DNA from: a virus | Lineage: Duplodnaviria; Caudoviricetes | Virus record (IMG/VR): IMGVR_UViG_3300027740_000003 | Span: 224,001 to 288,000 of that record | Strand: one strand, 5' to 3' | Length of the DNA stretch: 64,000 nt | Shown: piece after piece, positions 59,360 to 64,000 of the stretch | Position numbering within the stretch: the stretch's first letter is position 1 | Layout of the letters: each line of letters opens with the position of its first letter | Notes under the pieces: model-generated | Database searches by the model: none | Seen by the model: only the letters and a program-made list of their open reading frames with translations | Told to the model about the DNA's origin: nothing | Position numbers and translations under genes: made by a program

Positions 59360-59381
59360 TTGTTAGATTAATATCTAACAA
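59360..59381. repeat. Inverted repeat upstream of the LAGLIDADG gene
   Basis: TTGTTAGAT-taat-ATCTAACAA, perfect 9-bp arms. Confidence 0.8.
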
Positions 59382-59401
59382 TTGTTCTTACAGATCTCGA
59401 T

Positions 59402-59920
59402 TTATTTGCCATTCTTAACCCTATTCATTCTCATTTTTGCGATATTCAATAATACTTCGGCTTTCTCTTCCCTTTCCTTACCTTTTATCTTATGTTTGTC
59501 AAGCACTCTTTTTACATATTGTTCTGCTTTATCTTGGCTATATTCATTTGCTATATATTCTGTCTGATTTTGAAATGCTTCTTGCTCATATTCGTTGTCT
59601 AAATAATTATCACCATCATTAGAGCCTTTTGTTGGCTTATCTCCTGTAGTTTGTTGAATAACATGAGATAGTTCATGAATTAGATAATGATCATTATCTA
59701 TATTAGGTTCTTTTTTATTTTCCAATACATTATATGATAAATAAATTATTCCATGATCTGTTCTTGCGGAGACATCAAGGTCGGCAAAAGCAATTGGAAC
59801 CAGATCTAATTCAGATGGGTCTAGGCCATATTCTTCATACATATTTCGAAGAACCTCATGACCTCTTATTTTATCCTTAAGATCATTAATATATTGCAAT
59901 AATTCTTGTCTTGATGTCAT
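59402..59920 (-). CDS. Zincin-like metallopeptidase (HExxH), DUF4157/eCIS-core-like
   Basis: YLIHELSHVIQQ followed by YLDNEYEQEAF (third zinc ligand Glu). Confidence 0.7.
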   Translation of the reverse strand: MTSRQELLQYINDLKDKIRGHEVLRNMYEEYGLDPSELDLVPIAFADLDVSARTDHGIIYLSYNVLENKKEPNIDNDHYLIHELSHVIQQTTGDKPTKGSNDGDNYLDNEYEQEAFQNQTEYIANEYSQDKAEQYVKRVLDKHKIKGKEREEKAEVLLNIAKMRMNRVKNGK

Positions 59921-59937
59921 ATCAATAATATGCAGAA

Positions 59938-60189
59938 TTATTCCACCTTAGGACAGGCTGAGGGAGATATCTTAAAAGCGCTAATAGTTAAACCACATTT
60001 TTTACAATGGGTTGCCATAAGCATTCCGGAGGCGCCGAAATTATTTGTGGATAACTGGGAAGCCCAATCGTGGGTTTTCTTCAATTGACCAATTTCAACA
60101 AGTTTTTTTCCTTGGGCCATTTTTCTATTCTGTGTATTTGATGCATATTCTTTCTTCCATGCATCAATTTGTTCTTTCGTCCATCCCAT
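59938..60189 (-). CDS. Small hypothetical protein with a C-terminal H-CxxC...C cluster
   Basis: Probable start ATG 60189 just after the upstream stop; HCKKCG...SACP. Confidence 0.5.
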   Translation of the reverse strand: MGWTKEQIDAWKKEYASNTQNRKMAQGKKLVEIGQLKKTHDWASQLSTNNFGASGMLMATHCKKCGLTISAFKISPSACPKVE

Positions 60190-60190
60190 T

Positions 60191-60523
60191 TTATTTATCC
60201 TCTCTTTCGTATATTGCTGCCGGGCTCCAAAAAGCATCACTGGGAATTTTCCTTTTCTTTGGTTTTTTTGAAATTAATTGGAACTTCTCATGGTTTCCAC
60301 GAAGGTGCATATCATCTACAATTTCATCATCTTTTTTTAAATAATATTTGTTCCTAGAAAAACCATCTCCAATTGAATAACCAAACTTATTTAATATTCT
60401 TTCAAATGCATCAAATCCTTTAACCTTAGATAAAAGACGATTGATCTCCAAAATCTTTGTTTCGGAAAATAATAAAGAGGATAGTTTAAGAAGAATATTA
60501 TACATAACAGATAATTTTGTCAT
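60191..60523 (-). CDS. Hypothetical protein
   Basis: 110-aa ORF tiling the gap between neighbours in the same orientation. Confidence 0.5.
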   Translation of the reverse strand: MTKLSVMYNILLKLSSLLFSETKILEINRLLSKVKGFDAFERILNKFGYSIGDGFSRNKYYLKKDDEIVDDMHLRGNHEKFQLISKKPKKRKIPSDAFWSPAAIYEREDK

Positions 60524-60526
60524 ATT

Positions 60527-61426
60527 TTACCAGATTTGACGCTGTCTTAAAAATCTTAAACGCCTTACTTGAGGGGATCCAGACATTCCAGAAATTCCAC
60601 AAAGGCCTAAAGGCGCACTTTTCATGTTGCTCTTAATCAACTGGCACTGATCCTTCCACATAGTATATTCATTTGAATACTGAGTCATCAACACATCCGA
60701 TACGGCAGGTGCTTGGAAACTTACCCCATTATCATTGATCTGAAATTCTCTTCCCCTCTCAATTAAAGCCTTGCTTGCCAAAGCCCATATTAAAGCAAAT
60801 CTTACAATTATTTCCCCGAATATTCTAAAGAATTCTGTATCCTCAAATGTATAATCAGTAAAATGAGGAATCATATTAAAAGCATCTAGTCCAGAAATAA
60901 GAAATATAACCAACTGAGGAATGGTATAAATATCACAATCGACCATCTGTTGGTTGCCATACTGATCTCTTATCAATGCTTTGCCAGCAGAGTTCAATCT
61001 TGCCTTTAACATTGCTAATAGTTTATTTATATTTTTTATTGCGTTTTGTGAAAAATCGAAACCCGGTTCCTCACCAAGTCCGACATAGCCATCAGAATTA
61101 ATAATAGGAGCCTGTGTAGCATGAACCACAAAGTTATGTGTATTATAAAGAGTATTGGATCCATATACGCCTCTCCAATAATCTGTCCATACACCAAGAG
61201 AAGGAGTTGCCCCTACAGAATAATCATATCCATAATAACCGACTTGTAGTCGATAAACACCTGTGCTAGAGAAGTCAGAAAGCACATTCCCGCTAGGTTC
61301 CTGGATTGAAATCTGTGGAAAATAATCTAGATCAACAGGCTCACCAGTAGTAGGAGAACGGAAGTAAGTTCTTAATTGTATAATATCGCCTAATGTAGCG
61401 ATTTGTCCTCTAGAAACTATTGCCAT
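60527..61426 (-). CDS. Neck / head-tail adaptor-like protein with N-terminal Ig-like domain
   Basis: beta-rich N-half (QISIQEPSG...GYYGYDYSV...GVWTDYW), helical C-half with REFQINDNGVSF; first gene of the neck block. Confidence 0.55.
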   Translation of the reverse strand: MAIVSRGQIATLGDIIQLRTYFRSPTTGEPVDLDYFPQISIQEPSGNVLSDFSSTGVYRLQVGYYGYDYSVGATPSLGVWTDYWRGVYGSNTLYNTHNFVVHATQAPIINSDGYVGLGEEPGFDFSQNAIKNINKLLAMLKARLNSAGKALIRDQYGNQQMVDCDIYTIPQLVIFLISGLDAFNMIPHFTDYTFEDTEFFRIFGEIIVRFALIWALASKALIERGREFQINDNGVSFQAPAVSDVLMTQYSNEYTMWKDQCQLIKSNMKSAPLGLCGISGMSGSPQVRRLRFLRQRQIW

Positions 61427-61440
61427 AATTTAATGGCAAA

Positions 61441-61785
61441 TTATTGCTCCTGGTCTTCATTCTCCATAATAACATCAGAAATATCTTCTGCTATTTGTTC
61501 ATCAGACTCAATTAGTTCCTCAAACTTCTCTTCTCTAATCTCTACTTTGGAATAAAGAGGTTTTCTGGCCCACTCTAAAGGATCTTTAGATATTTCAATG
61601 GTTTTCTGTAAATGAGGAGGAAGAACTTTTCTAACTTTAATTTTATCACGTTTTGCAAATATAGAACCTGATTCAGCAGATTTTTCTAATTGTTCCAAAG
61701 TATATTTATAATGTTGAGAATCCAAAAGATTAGCGTGAGATTTCGCTTTAACAGTTAATGCCAAATCTCTTAGACAAACATTCAT
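61441..61785 (-). CDS. Hypothetical protein (start uncertain)
   Basis: The 181-aa ORF overlaps the cold-shock gene; the non-overlapping part from ATG 61785 fills the gap. Confidence 0.45.
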   Translation of the reverse strand: MNVCLRDLALTVKAKSHANLLDSQHYKYTLEQLEKSAESGSIFAKRDKIKVRKVLPPHLQKTIEISKDPLEWARKPLYSKVEIREEKFEELIESDEQIAEDISDVIMENEDQEQ

Positions 61786-61822
61786 TTTAGAAATATTTGT
61801 TATCCAGAAATCTTTTTTATCA

Positions 61823-62038
61823 TCATTCAATAATTGAAACCTCAATTGCTTTTGGTTGTCCTCTGTTATTTTCACCAACCTGAAAATTAACTCGTTGGCC
61901 TTTTTTAACAGTTTTGAAACCTTCCATAGAAATATCTGAGAAATGTAGGAATAAATCTTCCCCACCTTCCCAATCAATAAAACCATATCCTGCTTTAGGA
62001 TTAAACCAAATTACTGTTCCTTGATATTCTTTCATCAA
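61823..62038 (-). CDS. cspA: Cold-shock domain protein (CspA family)
   Basis: GTVIWFN..AGYGFI (RNP1), LFLHFSDI (RNP2), GFKTV..GQRVNF; GGAGG RBS. Confidence 0.93.
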   Translation of the reverse strand: MMKEYQGTVIWFNPKAGYGFIDWEGGEDLFLHFSDISMEGFKTVKKGQRVNFQVGENNRGQPKAIEVSIIE

Positions 62039-62062
62039 ACTTCCTCCAACAAGGATATGATA

Positions 62063-62365
62063 TTATTGCCCATTTGGCGGAATTACTTCTACACCGTCTA
62101 CAGATAGTCCGCCTTGAACATTTAATAATCTATGTAATTCAGCAACGGCTAAAACAGTAATTTGTTTTCTTTCAATTAAATTAGAACAATTATATAGTAA
62201 TTTATCTGTTCTATCTAAAATTGCCAGCGCCTCACCTTTACACCCTTGTTTTTCTGCAAGGTCTAGCATATTTTTTCGGCTTTGCGCTTCATTTACAATA
62301 TGCTTTTCATTTTGTTTAATGAGTCTTTTATTTGTCTCCATCTGTCTTGCTATCTTTTCGTTCAT
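62063..62365 (-). CDS. Hypothetical helical protein
   Basis: 100-aa ORF overlapping the 3' end of the HNH gene. Confidence 0.55.
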   Translation of the reverse strand: MNEKIARQMETNKRLIKQNEKHIVNEAQSRKNMLDLAEKQGCKGEALAILDRTDKLLYNCSNLIERKQITVLAVAELHRLLNVQGGLSVDGVEVIPPNGQ

Positions 62366-62657
62366 GGATCCTCATCTCTTTCTTTTGTGGTTGTAAATAT
62401 GGAACATCAATATCGATATTCTTTTTTCCATATAATTCATATACCAAAGTAAACCCTGTTGGGTCCGTGCTAGGAAAAACGCCCAATATTTTTAAAGATC
62501 CTGAATGTAATTTGCTATGACAATTTGAACATAACACGGCAATATTCATATCATCATTGGTACAATTTAAATCTGTCCTTGGAATAATATGGTGTTTTTC
62601 AAGAATTTTAACATCCTTTTCTCCACAAACTTCACATTTAATCTTTGGTCTTGACAT
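62328..62657 (-). CDS. HNH endonuclease
   Basis: CEVCG...LEKHHIIP...N...LCSNCHSKLH. Probable start MSRPK at 62657; the upstream MNRAMNRA extension is a DNA repeat. Confidence 0.85.
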   Translation of the reverse strand: MSRPKIKCEVCGEKDVKILEKHHIIPRTDLNCTNDDMNIAVLCSNCHSKLHSGSLKILGVFPSTDPTGFTLVYELYGKKNIDIDVPYLQPQKKEMRIHERKDSKTDGDK

Positions 62658-62666
62658 AAATTTGCC

Positions 62667-62714
62667 GAATCGGGCCATAATTGCCCGATTCATTGCCCGA
62701 TTCATGGCCTGATT
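62667..62714. repeat. Direct plus inverted GCCCGATTC repeat array
   Basis: gaatcgggc (62667-75, inverted), gcccgattc (62683-91), gcccgattc (62695-703), gcctgatt (62707-14); 12-nt period. Confidence 0.85.
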
Positions 62715-62720
62715 ATTATT

Positions 62721-63668
62721 TTATACAAACCTGGTATATTCTATATGTTTATGTTCTGGAACAAACCTTCTTCTACTTCTAAAGCCTATTCTTTTTTGCT
62801 CGACATCTTCTCTACGAATTCTTCCTTTATCTGTTTCCATTCTTGGTGTTTGTCCTAGACTAATAAAATTCTTTTTATCACCTGGAAAAGCAGAATGTGT
62901 TTCTATTTCTTCTTGATTTCTAATTTTAGAACGTAAACTTGTCCACCATTCATATTTTACTTGAACAATCTCTGAAAACTTTGGTCTATTCAATCCAGAT
63001 GTTTTTGTAATAACTTGTTCTGTATAATCACCCGCTCCAACAGCAGGGCCCGGTTTGGAACAATCATCAGAAATAGTATTACTACAATATGTATCACTAA
63101 GTGAAAAACTATTCGAATCAAATGATTTTCTTTCTGACATTTTTTGATGATCAGATTTACAAATAACAGTTGTTTTTTTAAAATTATAACAATCTGGTTC
63201 ATAATGATAGTAATCTATTGGATTAATAACAATTGGATTAACAATAATTGGATTTCTAAATTTTATAAAATCAATTTGCTCTTCTTCAAATACAGCAACG
63301 GCGATTAATCCTTTTGCAGATAAATCGCCATGAGTATTTGCGGCCACTGAATTTTTTGTTTTTCCAAATAATAACTCGGCCCCTCCTTCATTTGTTTCCG
63401 GCCAAGCTTTAAGCTCCATTGAACAATATGCATTTACTACCCACATTCCATCAGCTATAGGTTCTGTATGTGCCAAATTTCCCGTTAATACGTCTGTCCC
63501 ATCTACCGATATTCTTACCTGAACTTTATTATATGTATTATTTTTAAACTTTATTATAAATGGTTCATTTTCATATACTCCAATTACTTTCTCTCCATCT
63601 ATATCGTACTTTTTAAATTGTCTATTATCTTCTTTATTAATAATTTCTAAACTATATTTGCTACTCAT
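62721..63668 (-). CDS. Uncharacterised conserved protein (beta-sandwich N-domain)
   Basis: EPFIIKFKNN...VQVRISVDGTDVLTG...WVV...ELKAW...GLIAVAVFEE resembles a DUF-type family of bacteria, phages and fungi; the family name is uncertain. Confidence 0.6.
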   Translation of the reverse strand: MSSKYSLEIINKEDNRQFKKYDIDGEKVIGVYENEPFIIKFKNNTYNKVQVRISVDGTDVLTGNLAHTEPIADGMWVVNAYCSMELKAWPETNEGGAELLFGKTKNSVAANTHGDLSAKGLIAVAVFEEEQIDFIKFRNPIIVNPIVINPIDYYHYEPDCYNFKKTTVICKSDHQKMSERKSFDSNSFSLSDTYCSNTISDDCSKPGPAVGAGDYTEQVITKTSGLNRPKFSEIVQVKYEWWTSLRSKIRNQEEIETHSAFPGDKKNFISLGQTPRMETDKGRIRREDVEQKRIGFRSRRRFVPEHKHIEYTRFV

Positions 63669-63670
63669 CT

Positions 63671-64000
63671 CTAATTGTCCTTATATTGTTTTAATAATTT
63701 AAAAATTTCATCGGCCAAATAAATAGCATCATTACCATTATAGTTTCCTTGCTGAGAAATTCTTAAAAAATCATGGGCATCTCCATTGATACCCAAAGTT
63801 GTCATTGTTTTAGAAGGCCCGGTGTGCATTGATCCACAAGCAGAACCCATTCCTACATATATTCCTTTTCTACTTAAATCATTTAAAATCATAAATGCTA
63901 AACCAGGAATCTGCACAAATGTGGTATTTGCCACTCTTGGAACTTCTTTTCCTATTATTTTCAAATTCATATCTTGAAGTCTATCTTCAAGAATAGTTTG
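63671..64000 (-). CDS. Cysteine desulfurase (NifS/IscS family), C-terminal part; 5' end outside the window
   Basis: Frame open to the window edge (QTILEDRLQDMNL...); RVANTTF...GIYVGMGSACGS with the catalytic Cys, then FLRIS. Confidence 0.8.
   Translation of the reverse strand, partial: QTILEDRLQDMNLKIIGKEVPRVANTTFVQIPGLAFMILNDLSRKGIYVGMGSACGSMHTGPSKTMTTLGINGDAHDFLRISQQGNYNGNDAIYLADEIFKLLKQYKDN

Noticed and set aside
15300-61426. Interpretation as a bacterial eCIS/tailocin locus rather than a phage
   Set aside because: No capsid, portal or terminase is in the window, but the G/GT frameshift chaperones, neck-like genes, free-standing homing endonucleases, holin-like gene and dense one-strand packing fit a phage better. 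Not formally excluded without flanking sequence.
61786-61986. 5' extension of the 181-aa ORF
   Set aside because: Overlaps most of the well-supported cold-shock gene in another frame; likely spurious.
62651-62681. TTGACA...CATAAT on the plus strand
   Set aside because: Spacer is 19 nt, TTGACA coincides with the HNH start codons on the other strand, and no credible plus-strand gene follows.
1-64000. Stop-codon reassignment, CRISPR arrays, tRNA genes
   Set aside because: Long ORFs tile the window under the standard code with TAA, TAG and TGA all used as stops; no repeat-spacer array or cloverleaf was seen, and intergenic gaps are mostly under 90 nt.

Overview
AT-rich segment of a large (jumbo-type) contractile-tailed phage genome. 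All but one of the credible genes lie on the minus strand, so the gene order reads right to left. (1) 61.4-64 kb: small accessory genes (cysteine desulfurase fragment, HNH nuclease, cold-shock protein). (2) 53.8-61.4 kb: neck/head-tail proteins, an HExxH zincin, a free-standing LAGLIDADG endonuclease, a Gly-rich fibre and a holin-like protein. (3) 15.3-53.8 kb: a beta-helix tailspike/fibre, tail terminator, sheath, tube, a G/GT chaperone pair joined by a -1 slippery site, tape measure, hub, spike and very large baseplate wedge proteins carrying LamG and dockerin-like modules. (4) 0-15.2 kb: a dense soluble glycosylation cluster with about 10 glycosyltransferase genes, 2 methyltransferases and 4 NDP-sugar enzymes, interrupted by a zinc-ribbon PD-(D/E)xK endonuclease. 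The only credible plus-strand gene is a Cys-rich lipoprotein with its own sigma70 promoter. No capsid, portal, terminase, tRNA or CRISPR array is visible. The most striking unexplained signal is the tripeptide D-G-Y: 32 copies by hand count in 11 virion proteins predicted to be mostly outward-facing, none in tube, tape measure, hub or spike, and encoded by varied codons. With the adjacent glycosyltransferase cluster this suggests (inference only) a phage-encoded virion surface modification system with a DGY acceptor or docking motif. Family calls come from motif recognition by eye, not from database searches.
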